From: an uncultured Actinomycetes bacterium
Lineage (GTDB): Bacteria > Actinomycetota > Thermoleophilia > Gaiellales > Gaiellaceae
Reading direction: 5' to 3'
Length of the DNA: 64,000 nucleotides
Assembly (NCBI GenBank): GCA_963772975.1
Contig: CAVYZH010000005.1
Span: 142,207 to 206,206 of the forward strand
Position numbers and translations under genes: made by a program. Below are positions 30,652 through 39,066 of the stretch, piece by piece. The notes under the pieces were generated by a model. That model searched no databases. It was given only the letters and a program-made list of their open reading frames with translations, and was not told where the DNA came from. The first letter of the stretch is position 1. Each line of letters begins with the position of its first letter.

Positions 30652-31641
30652 ATGGAGCCGCTGCGCGATTCCTGGGAGCGCGAGATCAAGAGCCTGCGGG
30701 TCTCGGTCACCGACAAGTGCAACTTCCGCTGCCGCTACTGCATGCCGGCGGAAGGGCTCGAATGGCTCGAGCGCGACGAGTTGCTGAGCTTCGAGGAGAT
30801 CGCGCGGCTCGTGCGCGTGCTGGCGGGCATGGGGGTCGAGGAGGTGCGGCTGACAGGCGGCGAGCCGCTCGTGCGCCGCGACCTGCCGGTGCTCGTCGAG
30901 CAACTCGGCTCGATCCCCGGCGTGAACGACCTCTCGCTGACCACGAACGGCGTCCTGCTCGACCGGCTGGCCGGGCCGCTCGTCGAGGCCGGCCTGACGC
31001 GCCTGAACGTCTCGCTCGACTCGCTCTCGCACGTGCGCTTCACCGAGATCACCCGCCGCGACGCGCTCGACCGCGTGCTCGCCGGGCTCGAGGAGGCCGA
31101 GCGCTACCCGCAGCTGGGGCCGATCAAGGTCAACTGCGTGGCGATGCGCGGCTTCACCGAGGTCGAGGTGCCGGCGCTGGCCGAGCTCGCCCGGCGCAAG
31201 CCGTACGTGGTGCGCTTCATCGAGTTCATGCCGCTCGACGCGGACGAGTCGTGGCGCGGCGACGATGTGCTCACCGGGGCCGAGATCCGCGCGCTGATCG
31301 AAGAGCGCTGGCCGCTCGAGGAGATTCCCGCAAAGGCGTCTTCGACCGCACGCCGCTTCCGCTTCGCCGACGGCGCCGGCGAGATCGGGTTCGTCAATCC
31401 GGTGTCCGAGCCCTTCTGCTCGAGCTGCGACCGGATCCGCCTGACCGCCGACGGCCAGCTGCGCACGTGCCTCTTCTCGCGTCGTGAATGGGACCTGATG
31501 ACCCCGCTGCGGGAGGGCGCCTCGGATGGTGAGCTCGAGCGGCTCTTGCGCTTCGCTGTACGCCACAAGGAGCTGAAGCACAAGATCAACGATCCAGGAT
31601 TCGTGCGAGCCTCGCGCTCGATGTCACAAATCGGGGGTTGA
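30652..31641 (+). CDS. moaA: GTP 3',8-cyclase (molybdenum cofactor biosynthesis protein A)
   Basis: LRVSVTDKCNFRCRYCMP (radical-SAM CxxxCxxC)...RLTGGEPL...FCSSCDRIRLTADGQLRTCLF. Confidence 0.95.
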   Translation: MEPLRDSWEREIKSLRVSVTDKCNFRCRYCMPAEGLEWLERDELLSFEEIARLVRVLAGMGVEEVRLTGGEPLVRRDLPVLVEQLGSIPGVNDLSLTTNGVLLDRLAGPLVEAGLTRLNVSLDSLSHVRFTEITRRDALDRVLAGLEEAERYPQLGPIKVNCVAMRGFTEVEVPALAELARRKPYVVRFIEFMPLDADESWRGDDVLTGAEIRALIEERWPLEEIPAKASSTARRFRFADGAGEIGFVNPVSEPFCSSCDRIRLTADGQLRTCLFSRREWDLMTPLREGASDGELERLLRFAVRHKELKHKINDPGFVRASRSMSQIGG

Positions 31642-31690
31642 GCGCTCGGGAAGAAGCCCTCCTGCCAGGGCGTTACAATCTGGCGTTCCC

Positions 31691-32443
31691 GTGAGCGCTC
31701 TCGTCTCAGCAGGCCGCCGGGTTCTGCCACGTGGTTGGGCAGATTTCGGCCTTCAACTCGCGATCTGGTTCGGGTTCCTCGGCCTGTACCAAGTGGCGCG
31801 TGGGATCGCAGACCGCAACCCGCCGAAAGCTTTCGACAACGGCCTGCAAGTGATCGGGATCGAGCGGCACGTTCACGGGCTGATCGAGCTGAGCTTTCAG
31901 CGGGCGATCGACGGCTCCCACCTGCTGGCGACGCTCGCCTCGTGGACGTACTGGAACTCCGAGTTCACCGTGCTCGGGCTGGCGCTGCTCTGGGTCTACC
32001 TGCGGCGCAACGAGGCGTTCATCCGCTTCCGCAACTGGATCCTGCTGGCGAACGCCTTCGGGCTGATCGGCTACGTGCTGCTGCCGACCGCGCCGCCGCG
32101 GATGTTCCCGGACTTCGGCTTCAACGACACGCTCTCGAACTTCGGCCAGCTCAATCACGGGAGCGGCCTCGTCGAGTTCGCGGCCAACCCGTACGCAGCG
32201 ATGCCGAGCCTGCACGCGGCCGACGCTCTGATCGTCGGGATCGTGCTCGCCTCGGTCTGCCGCAGCCGCTTCGCGAAGGTGCTCTGGCTGCTCTGGCCGG
32301 GCTGGGTCTGGTTCAGCGTGATGGCCACGGGCAACCACTTCTGGCTCGACATCGTCGCCGGCATCCTCGTGGCCGTGATCGCGGGCCTGATCGTCTACCG
32401 CAGCCCGCTGCGACGCCGGCGCACCGCGACCGCGAACGCGTGA
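31691..32443 (+). CDS. PAP2-superfamily membrane protein (Aur1/IPC-synthase-like PAP2_C type)
   Basis: Polytopic, with LLPTAPPR, AAMPSLHAADA (PSGH-like) and TGNHFWLDIVAG (HxxxD). GTGA overlap with the next gene. Confidence 0.8.
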   Translation: MSALVSAGRRVLPRGWADFGLQLAIWFGFLGLYQVARGIADRNPPKAFDNGLQVIGIERHVHGLIELSFQRAIDGSHLLATLASWTYWNSEFTVLGLALLWVYLRRNEAFIRFRNWILLANAFGLIGYVLLPTAPPRMFPDFGFNDTLSNFGQLNHGSGLVEFAANPYAAMPSLHAADALIVGIVLASVCRSRFAKVLWLLWPGWVWFSVMATGNHFWLDIVAGILVAVIAGLIVYRSPLRRRRTATANA

Positions 32444-33075
32444 CCCGCGCCGAGACCCTCGCCTGGGTCAAACGCGGATATACCGACGGCACTCGCAGGC
32501 TCGCCGCGCGGTGGATCGGTGGCCTCGCGCGCACGCGCGTGACGCCAAACGCGCTGACGGCGGCCGGGATCACCCTTTGCGGCGCGTCGGCCGTGATCAT
32601 CTGGTTCGCCTACCACCGCCCGTGGCTCCTCTACTGGCTCGCGGCGGTGGTTTTCGTGGTCGGCTCGGTGCTCGACATCCTCGACGGGGCGCTCGCGCGC
32701 TACGGCGGCAAGGCGACGCCGTTCGGCGCGTTCGTCGACTCGATCTCCGACCGCGTCAGCGAGGGCTTCGTGCTGACCGCCGTCGCGCTCGTCTTCGCAC
32801 GCGAGGGGAACGACATCGCGGTCGGCTTCACCATCGCCGCGATGGCCGGGTCGTTCCTCGTCTCGTACGCGCGGGCCAAAGCCGAGCTGCTCGGCCTAAA
32901 GGGTGACGTCGGCCTCGGCAGCCGAGCCGAGCGCGTCGTGGTGATCACCGGCGGCCTGGTCTTCGCACCGTGGGGCGGGCTGCAGTGGGCGATCTACTTC
33001 CTCGCCGTGGCGGCCTGGGTCACCGTGCTGCAGCGCGTCTTCAGCGTGCGCTCGCAGCTCCGCCGAAGCAAGTAA
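32440..33075 (+). CDS. CDP-alcohol phosphatidyltransferase, phosphatidylinositol-phosphate synthase type
   Basis: GTG 32440 inside track ORF 31735..33075. Signature DILDGALARYGGKATPFGAFVDSISDRVSE (D-x2-DG-x2-AR...G-x3-D-x3-D). The PIP-synthase call is supported by context next to ino1. Confidence 0.85.
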   Translation: MTRAETLAWVKRGYTDGTRRLAARWIGGLARTRVTPNALTAAGITLCGASAVIIWFAYHRPWLLYWLAAVVFVVGSVLDILDGALARYGGKATPFGAFVDSISDRVSEGFVLTAVALVFAREGNDIAVGFTIAAMAGSFLVSYARAKAELLGLKGDVGLGSRAERVVVITGGLVFAPWGGLQWAIYFLAVAAWVTVLQRVFSVRSQLRRSK

Positions 33076-33083
33076 CCCCACGA

Positions 33084-33108
33084 GGCGCCGACTTGGCGGC
33101 GCCGTTTA
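33084..33108 (+). terminator. Possible intrinsic terminator after the phosphatidyltransferase gene
   Basis: GGCGCCG (33084-33090), loop acttgg, CGGCGCC (33097-33103), followed by GTTTAG. The T-tract is weak. Confidence 0.35.
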
Positions 33109-33176
33109 GAGGCCGCGCGGCCGTCTAACGCACCTCCTTGGATTAGAGATGGTGGGACCTCCGCTACGAGATCGCC

Positions 33177-33202
33177 TATACTGCTAGCACTCCTGTGCTA
33201 GC
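33177..33202 (+). promoter_or_regulatory. -10-like TATACT followed by a perfect 8-4-8 palindrome GCTAGCAC-TCCT-GTGCTAGC; candidate operator of the RHH module
   Basis: TATACT at 33177-33182. Palindrome arms at 33183-33190 and 33195-33202; the right arm begins with the GTG that opens ORF 33195..34643. Local GC dips upstream. Confidence 0.4.
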
Positions 33203-34643
33203 TCCAACGCGCAAGCATGTGCTCGTCCGGATGCCCGGTGAGCTCAAGCGGCTCCTCTCGGTCGAGGTCCGGCGCACCGGCCGCAGCCTCAACGACGTCG
33301 CCGTCGGCATCCTCGCCTCCCGCTTCGCCGTTTCGTTCAACCCGAGCGGCCGCGCGGGCAAGGACCCCGGCAAGAGCGGCTCCGTGCTTCTGCGGATGCC
33401 TCCGGAGCTGAAGGACAAGCTGGCCGCGCGCGCGGCGCAGCGCAAACGCAACGTCAACGACCTGATCGTCGAGACGCTCTCGGAGCGGCTCGAAGGAAAG
33501 GAACCCATGGCTTCGACCAACGGCAAGGCGCGGCGCGGAGAGAGCAAGGTCCGCGTCGCGATCATCGGCGTCGGCAACTGCGCGAGCTCCCTCGTGCAGG
33601 GCGTCGAGTACTACAAGGACGCCAACCCGGACGACTTCGTCCCGGGCCTGATGCATGTCGACCTCGGCGGTTACCACATCAGCGACATCGAGTTCACGGC
33701 CGCCTTCGACGTCACCACGGACAAGGTCGGCAAGGACCTCTCCGAGGCGATCTGGGCACATCCGAACAACACGATCAAGTTCTCGGACGTCCCCAAGAGC
33801 GGCATCACCGTCTCGCGCGGGATGACACACGACGGGCTCGGCAAGTACCTCTCCGAGATCGTCGAGAAGGCCCCGGGCGAGACCGACGACGTGGTCGGGA
33901 TCCTCAAGGACACGAAGACCGACGTCGTGATCAACTACCTCCCGGTCGGCTCAGAGGAGGCGACCAAGTGGTACACGGAGCAGATCCTCTCGGCCGGCTG
34001 CGCGATGGTGAACTGCATGCCCGTCTTCATCGCGCGCGAGAACTACTGGCAGCGGCGCTTCGAGGAGGCCGGCGTGCCGATCATCGGCGACGACATCAAG
34101 TCGCAGGTCGGCGCCACCATCACCCACCGCGTCCTGATGAGCATCTTCCGCGACCGCGGCGTGCGGGTCGACCGCACCTTCCAGCTCAACTTCGGCGGCA
34201 ACTCCGACTTCATGAACATGCTCGAGCGTGACCGCCTCGAGTCGAAGAAGATCTCGAAGACGAACTCGATCAAGTCGACGCTTCCCTACGCGCTCGAGGA
34301 GAAGAACATCCACGTCGGCCCGTCCGACTACGTGCCGTGGCTCGAGGACCGGAAGTGGGCCTACATCCGGCTCGAGGGCACCTCGTTCGGCGACGTGCCG
34401 CTGAACGCGGAGCTGAAGATCGAGGTCTGGGACTCGCCGAACTCGGCCGGCGTCGTGATCGACGCGGTGCGGCTGGCGAAGCTCGCCCTGAACGAGGGCG
34501 TCTCGGGCACGCTCGGCGCGCCGAGCTCCTACCTGATGAAGTCGCCGCCGGTCCAGCACCCCGACGACGAGGCGCGCGACCTGACGGAGGAGTTCATCCG
34601 CAAGCACGCGCGGAAGCCGGCCAAGGTGGCAGCGAAGGCGTAG
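33195..34643 (+). CDS. ino1: myo-Inositol-1-phosphate synthase with an in-frame N-terminal tandem ribbon-helix-helix (Arc/CopG/MetJ-like) extension
   Basis: Residues 1-104 hold two RHH-like units ([37 protein letters not shown]; [37 protein letters not shown]). From M105 (ATG 33507, preceded by GAAGGAAAGGAA) the sequence is typical MIPS: [23 protein letters not shown]...NYLPVGSE...[12 protein letters not shown]...FGGNSDF.... No stop separates the two parts. Confidence 0.85.
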   Translation: MLAPTRKHVLVRMPGELKRLLSVEVRRTGRSLNDVAVGILASRFAVSFNPSGRAGKDPGKSGSVLLRMPPELKDKLAARAAQRKRNVNDLIVETLSERLEGKEPMASTNGKARRGESKVRVAIIGVGNCASSLVQGVEYYKDANPDDFVPGLMHVDLGGYHISDIEFTAAFDVTTDKVGKDLSEAIWAHPNNTIKFSDVPKSGITVSRGMTHDGLGKYLSEIVEKAPGETDDVVGILKDTKTDVVINYLPVGSEEATKWYTEQILSAGCAMVNCMPVFIARENYWQRRFEEAGVPIIGDDIKSQVGATITHRVLMSIFRDRGVRVDRTFQLNFGGNSDFMNMLERDRLESKKISKTNSIKSTLPYALEEKNIHVGPSDYVPWLEDRKWAYIRLEGTSFGDVPLNAELKIEVWDSPNSAGVVIDAVRLAKLALNEGVSGTLGAPSSYLMKSPPVQHPDDEARDLTEEFIRKHARKPAKVAAKA

Positions 34644-34674
34644 GCACACGCGGGCCGGGCTAGACTCGCCCGAC

Positions 34675-36402
34675 ATGGCCCTGCGTGTCTGTCTGGTCAC
34701 GCCGTTCGCCTGGTCGAGGCCGCACGACGTCAACGAACACGTGGCCGGGGTCGCGCACGAGCTGCGCGAGCTCGGCCACGACGTCACCGTGCTCGCGCCC
34801 TCGACCCGAGCGGCCGATCTGATCGCCGGCCGCCGCTCGCTGCTCGACGGCGGGCCGCACGAGCTGATCGCGCTCGGCCCCGCCGTGCCGGTCTCGCGGC
34901 GCAGCCGGATCGGTGTTCCTGTCGGCGTGCGGGCGAACCTGTCGCTCGCCCTGGCGCGCGGCGAGTACGACGTCGTGCACGGCTTCGAGCCGGGCCTCCC
35001 GAGCCTCTCCTACCTGGCGCTGCGCGACTCGCGCGCCTTCGAGGTTGCGACCTTCCTCTCGAGGGAGCGGCTCGGCTACCCGCCCGGCAAAGCCCAGCGC
35101 GAGCGGCTGCTGGGCCGGATCGACGCGCTCGTCGCCACCTCGGAGGCGACCGCCGCGGCCGCGGCCGAGCGCCTGCCCGGCGACTACCGGGTGATCACGG
35201 CAGGCGTCGACCTCGAGCGCTTCAAGCCCGCGCACAAGCACCGAGTCGTCGTGCTCGAGTGGCGGCCGGGCGAACGGGCGCTGACCCGAGCGGTCGTGCG
35301 GGCGCTCACGTCGCTGCCCGATTGGGAGCTCGTCTTCCTCCGCACGAAACCGCTTGCCGGCCGGCCCTCGTTGCCGAGGGCGCTGCGTGGTCGCGCGCGT
35401 GTGCGCACGCTCCGCGACGGAGCCGCGAGGGCGCCGCTGTTGAACGAGGCCTCGATCTTCGTCCCCGCCCTCGACGGGCTCGACCGCGTCTCGCTCGAGG
35501 CGGCCGCGGCCGGAGCGGCGATCGTCTCGCCGCCGGGCCTGCGCGAGCAGCACGAGCTGGCGGCCGCCGAGCTGCTGCGCCTCGCCGAGGATGGCGATTA
35601 CCGCGAGCGCGAGAGCAAACGCGCCCGCGAGGCCGCCGAGCCGCAGAGCTTCGCTGCCGCCGCCGGCGAGCTGGACGAGCTCTACCGCGGCCTGGCCTCG
35701 AGGCGCCGCTCGCGGAGCGCCGAGCCGCTCGGCGACCGCGACTGGATCGTCGCCGACCTGCACATGCACACCTCCTGGTCCCACGACTGCCAGATCCCGG
35801 TCGAGGAGCTGCTCGACCACGCCGAGGCGGAGGCCCTTGGCGCGATCGCCGTCACCGACCACAACGTCTTCGGCGGCGCCCGCGAGGCGGTCGAGCTGGC
35901 CCGCGGCCGCGACCTCGTCGTGATCCCGGGCGAAGAGGTGAAGACCGCCGACCAGGGCGAGGTGATCGGGCTCTTTCTTTCCGAGGAGATCCCGCGCGGC
36001 CTCTCGTTCGGCGAGACCGTGGATGCGATCCGCGCCCAGGGCGGGATCGTCTACCTCCCCCACCCCTTCGACCGCCTGCACGCGATCCCGGAGCCCGCGA
36101 CCCTGCACCGCCACCTCGCCAAGGTCGACGTGCTCGAGGTCTACAACGCCCGCTTGCTGTTCGAGGCCTACAACGACGAGGCGCTGCGCTTCGCGCGCAA
36201 GTACGACCTGACGATGGGCGCCGGCTCCGACGCGCACGTGCTCCAGGGTGTCGGCACCGGCGCGGTGCGGATGCGGGCCTTCGACGGGCCCGAGGAGTTC
36301 CTCGTCAGCCTGCGCAGCGGGCAGGTTCTGCGCCGCCCGCGCTCACTGCTCTACCTGCAGTCGCTGAAGTGGGCGGCGCAGGCCAAGGAAAGGGTCCGCT
36401 AG
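34675..36402 (+). CDS. GT4 glycosyltransferase (PimA-like) fused to a C-terminal PHP-family phosphoesterase domain
   Basis: N-terminal ~340 aa: MALRVCLVTPFAWSRPHDVNEHVAGVAHELRELGHDVTVLAP...HGFEP...LEAAAAGAAIV. C-terminal ~220 aa: DLHMHTSWSHDC...VTDHN...PGEEV...YLPHPFD...GSDAH (PHP His/Asp motifs). Confidence 0.85.
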   Translation: MALRVCLVTPFAWSRPHDVNEHVAGVAHELRELGHDVTVLAPSTRAADLIAGRRSLLDGGPHELIALGPAVPVSRRSRIGVPVGVRANLSLALARGEYDVVHGFEPGLPSLSYLALRDSRAFEVATFLSRERLGYPPGKAQRERLLGRIDALVATSEATAAAAAERLPGDYRVITAGVDLERFKPAHKHRVVVLEWRPGERALTRAVVRALTSLPDWELVFLRTKPLAGRPSLPRALRGRARVRTLRDGAARAPLLNEASIFVPALDGLDRVSLEAAAAGAAIVSPPGLREQHELAAAELLRLAEDGDYRERESKRAREAAEPQSFAAAAGELDELYRGLASRRRSRSAEPLGDRDWIVADLHMHTSWSHDCQIPVEELLDHAEAEALGAIAVTDHNVFGGAREAVELARGRDLVVIPGEEVKTADQGEVIGLFLSEEIPRGLSFGETVDAIRAQGGIVYLPHPFDRLHAIPEPATLHRHLAKVDVLEVYNARLLFEAYNDEALRFARKYDLTMGAGSDAHVLQGVGTGAVRMRAFDGPEEFLVSLRSGQVLRRPRSLLYLQSLKWAAQAKERVR

Positions 36403-36423
36403 CCGAGAAAGGTCCAAGGCCCA

Positions 36424-37008
36424 GTGGCTGCCGTGACGGACGAGATTTTCGAGAAGTACCTGCAAAAGGCAATCGCCGAGACGAACGAGCTCGGTGACGA
36501 GATCGCGCGCGCCGCGGGCGAGGGCCAGGTCCCGGTGCTGGGCTCCGGGCACCCGCTCGCGGATGTCTTCCTGCTCAAGTACTCGCCGCAGCCGGCGGAG
36601 GTGCAGGAGGGCGTCGCCTTCTACGGCCGCTCGGGCCAGGCGCTGCTCAAGTCGCTGCAGCGGCTGAACGTCGACCCGCTGGCGATCTACGGCACGAACT
36701 GCTTCAAGCTGGCCGGCGGCGACGAGAACCAGGCACGCGCCTGGTTGATCCGCGAGCTGCACATCGTCCAGCCTAAGCTCGTGGTCGTGATGGGCGAGGC
36801 CGCGCTCGATTTCCTGAACGCGATCGAGTTCCCGCTTGCGGACAAGCTCGAGCCGACCCTCGGCGAGCTGCAGCGCTTCACACCCACAATCCAGGCGCTC
36901 TACGTGCCCGACATCGACGAGTCGCTGGACGAGGCGCCCGCGAAGACGCGCTTCTGGAACGCCTTCAAGGCACTGGGCCCATGGTGGGCCGAGCTGCCGC
37001 CGTACTGA
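36424..37008 (+). CDS. Uracil-DNA glycosylase superfamily protein (atypical, no Fe-S cysteines)
   Basis: VLGSGHPLADVFLLKYSPQPAEVQEGVAFYGRSGQALLKSL...KLVVVMGEAALDFL resembles family-4/5 UDG topology, but the GE(A/G)PG motif is replaced by LKYSPQ. Confidence 0.65.
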   Translation: MAAVTDEIFEKYLQKAIAETNELGDEIARAAGEGQVPVLGSGHPLADVFLLKYSPQPAEVQEGVAFYGRSGQALLKSLQRLNVDPLAIYGTNCFKLAGGDENQARAWLIRELHIVQPKLVVVMGEAALDFLNAIEFPLADKLEPTLGELQRFTPTIQALYVPDIDESLDEAPAKTRFWNAFKALGPWWAELPPY

Positions 37009-37739
37009 GCCCGCGCCGCGCCGCCGCGTTCGTCGCGCTCGCGGTCGTCGTCGGCATCTACTACGGCACGCACGAGTCGTGGTTCAGCCTCTCGCTCTGG
37101 GGGTCGATCGCGTGGCTCAGCTTCCTCGTGATCCCGGCCGTGTTCGGGTTCGTCTGGCTCGCGCTGCCGGCCTGGGCGCTGCCGCTGCGCCGGCTGCTGA
37201 TCACCGCGATCGGGTTCGGCGCGCTTGCGGTCGTGCTGCAGGCGACGGGCGCATCGCCGGTCGCGAACTTCGCGAAGCTCGGCGCGATGACGTTCGCAGG
37301 GTGGTGCTTCCTGCGCTTCTTCGAGGAGCTGAGCTGGGTCGTGCTCGTCGCCTTGATCGTGCCCTTCGTCGACTCGTACTCGGTCTGGCGCGGCCCGACG
37401 AACACGATCGTGAACAAGCACGTCGAGGTCTTCGACGCCCTCTCGTTCACGTTCCCGGTCCCCGGCTTCGACGGCGGCGCCAAGCTCGGCCTGCCGGACC
37501 TGCTCTTCTTCGCGCTCTTCCTCGGGGCGGCCGCCCGCTGGCGGTTGCGGCCCGGCTGGACCTGGCTCTGCCTGGTGGCCTCGATCGGCGGGACGATCTC
37601 GTTGGCAACCTGGCTCGAGGTGGACGGGCTGCCCGCCCTGCCGCTGCTCTCCGTCGGCTTCCTGCTGCCGAACGCCGACCTGCTCTGGCGTGAGGTCAGG
37701 GGTCGAAGCGCCAGAGATCCCCGTCGAAGTCAGACGTGA
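36981..37739 (+). CDS. Polytopic membrane protein with presenilin/signal-peptide-peptidase-like (A22) motifs
   Basis: 8-9 TM segments. LIVPFVDSYSVWRGPT compares with PS1 ISVYDLVAVLCPKGPL. GAKLGLPDLLFFALFLGAA compares with PS1 GVKLGLGDFIFYSVLVGKA. DGLPALPLLSVGF compares with PS1 KALPALPISITFG. The comparison is from memory of human presenilin-1. Confidence 0.6.
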   Translation: MVGRAAAVLSPRRAAAFVALAVVVGIYYGTHESWFSLSLWGSIAWLSFLVIPAVFGFVWLALPAWALPLRRLLITAIGFGALAVVLQATGASPVANFAKLGAMTFAGWCFLRFFEELSWVVLVALIVPFVDSYSVWRGPTNTIVNKHVEVFDALSFTFPVPGFDGGAKLGLPDLLFFALFLGAAARWRLRPGWTWLCLVASIGGTISLATWLEVDGLPALPLLSVGFLLPNADLLWREVRGRSARDPRRSQT

Positions 37740-38589
37740 CCCAGGCGCGGCCCGTGGCCGAGGCGACCGCGAGCGGGCTCTGGCCGGCGGGGATCGTGCT
37801 CGTGACGGTGTTCGTCGCCGGGTCGACCACCGAGACGCTGTTGTCGTCGATGTTCGGCACCCAAAGCTTGCCGGCGACCCAGGCGGTCGCGAGTGGGTTG
37901 GCCCCCACTGTCACGCTCGCCAGGACGGCCATCGACGCCGGGTCGATCTTGTAGATCTTCCCGCCCTCGCTCGAGACCCAGAGCGCGTCGGCCGAGGGCG
38001 TGATCCAGTCGGCCTTCGGCAGCGAGATGCGCTTCTCGACCCGGTTGCGCACCGGGTCGATCCGGATCAGATGGCTGTGGCCGTAGTCGGCGACCCAGAC
38101 CTTATGGAAGGCGACCGCGATCCCGTTCGGACCGCCGCCGACACGGATCGTCTTCACAACCTTGTTCCGCTTCGGCGCGATGCGGCTGACCGTGCCGGAG
38201 CCTTCGTTGGAAACCCAGACGGCGCCCGCGCCGAAGGCGAGCGCGTAGGGCGCGGAGCCGACCGAGATCCGCTTCAGCACCCGCTTCGCCGGGTTCACCC
38301 GAGTGACCCGGCCGGCGTTTCTCGAGCTGACCCAGACGCTGCCCGCGCCGTAGGCCAGTCCGAACGGACTGCTCGGGATGCCGAGCCGCCATTTCACGCG
38401 CCCGGCCGCGGGGTCGACGCGGATCAGCTTGTTGTCGACCCGGTCGGTCACCCACAGGGCGCCGCCTCCCGAGAGGGCGAAGGAGGCGGACAGCCCGACG
38501 TGCAACTTCGTCGGCTCGGCGGCGCCGGCCGTGCCGCACACGACCGCGACGGCCACGATGACGACCCCACCGCGCAGTAGACTTAGCAC
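37696..38589 (-). CDS. Secreted beta-propeller repeat protein (YVTN/Vgb-like repeats)
   Basis: Signal peptide, then about 7 repeats of the type G..P..LA.GAGSVWVSN...G.V.RI.P..N.V...I.VG. Confidence 0.75.
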   Translation of the reverse strand: MLSLLRGGVVIVAVAVVCGTAGAAEPTKLHVGLSASFALSGGGALWVTDRVDNKLIRVDPAAGRVKWRLGIPSSPFGLAYGAGSVWVSSRNAGRVTRVNPAKRVLKRISVGSAPYALAFGAGAVWVSNEGSGTVSRIAPKRNKVVKTIRVGGGPNGIAVAFHKVWVADYGHSHLIRIDPVRNRVEKRISLPKADWITPSADALWVSSEGGKIYKIDPASMAVLASVTVGANPLATAWVAGKLWVPNIDDNSVSVVDPATNTVTSTIPAGQSPLAVASATGRAWVTSDFDGDLWRFDP

Positions 38590-38622
38590 AATCTTGCGCT
38601 ACATTACCACAAGGTTGCGGTA

Positions 38623-39066
38623 GTGACCGAGCAGGCACCAGACACGATCCTGCTCGACCTCTTCCGGACGAACCAGCTGCGCGAGCGCTTGCTCGAGGCC
38701 TCGCTCGCAGGTCTCGAGCTGCCGCCCGAGGACTACCCCTTCTACGTGCTAATCGGCGCCGAAGGGCCGTGGACACCGACCCTGCTCGCCGAGCGGATGA
38801 AGATGCCGCTCTCGACGGTGCTCTTCCGCGTCGGCCGGCTGGAGAAGCGCGGCCACGTGGAGCGCGTCCCGAACCCGGACGACCGGCGCTCGTACCTGAT
38901 CAGCCTGAACGCCGACGGCGTGAAGCTGCTCAAGCAGGCCAGGCCGCAGTTCCGGGCCTTCGCCGAGTCCGTCGAGCGGCGGCTCGGCGGGGAAAGCATC
39001 GATGGCCTGCGCGGCGGGCTGACCGAGCTGCGCGAGGCGATCGAGGCCGAGCTCAGCTCCGAGTGA
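38623..39066 (+). CDS. MarR-family transcriptional regulator
   Basis: ...PTLLAERMKMPLSTVLFRVGRLEKRGHVERVPNPDDRRSYLISLNADGVKLL.... GTG start. Confidence 0.85.
   Translation: MTEQAPDTILLDLFRTNQLRERLLEASLAGLELPPEDYPFYVLIGAEGPWTPTLLAERMKMPLSTVLFRVGRLEKRGHVERVPNPDDRRSYLISLNADGVKLLKQARPQFRAFAESVERRLGGESIDGLRGGLTELREAIEAELSSE

Noticed and set aside
34660-36237. 525-aa minus-strand ORF
   Set aside because: Antisense to the GT4-PHP gene, whose motifs are clear.
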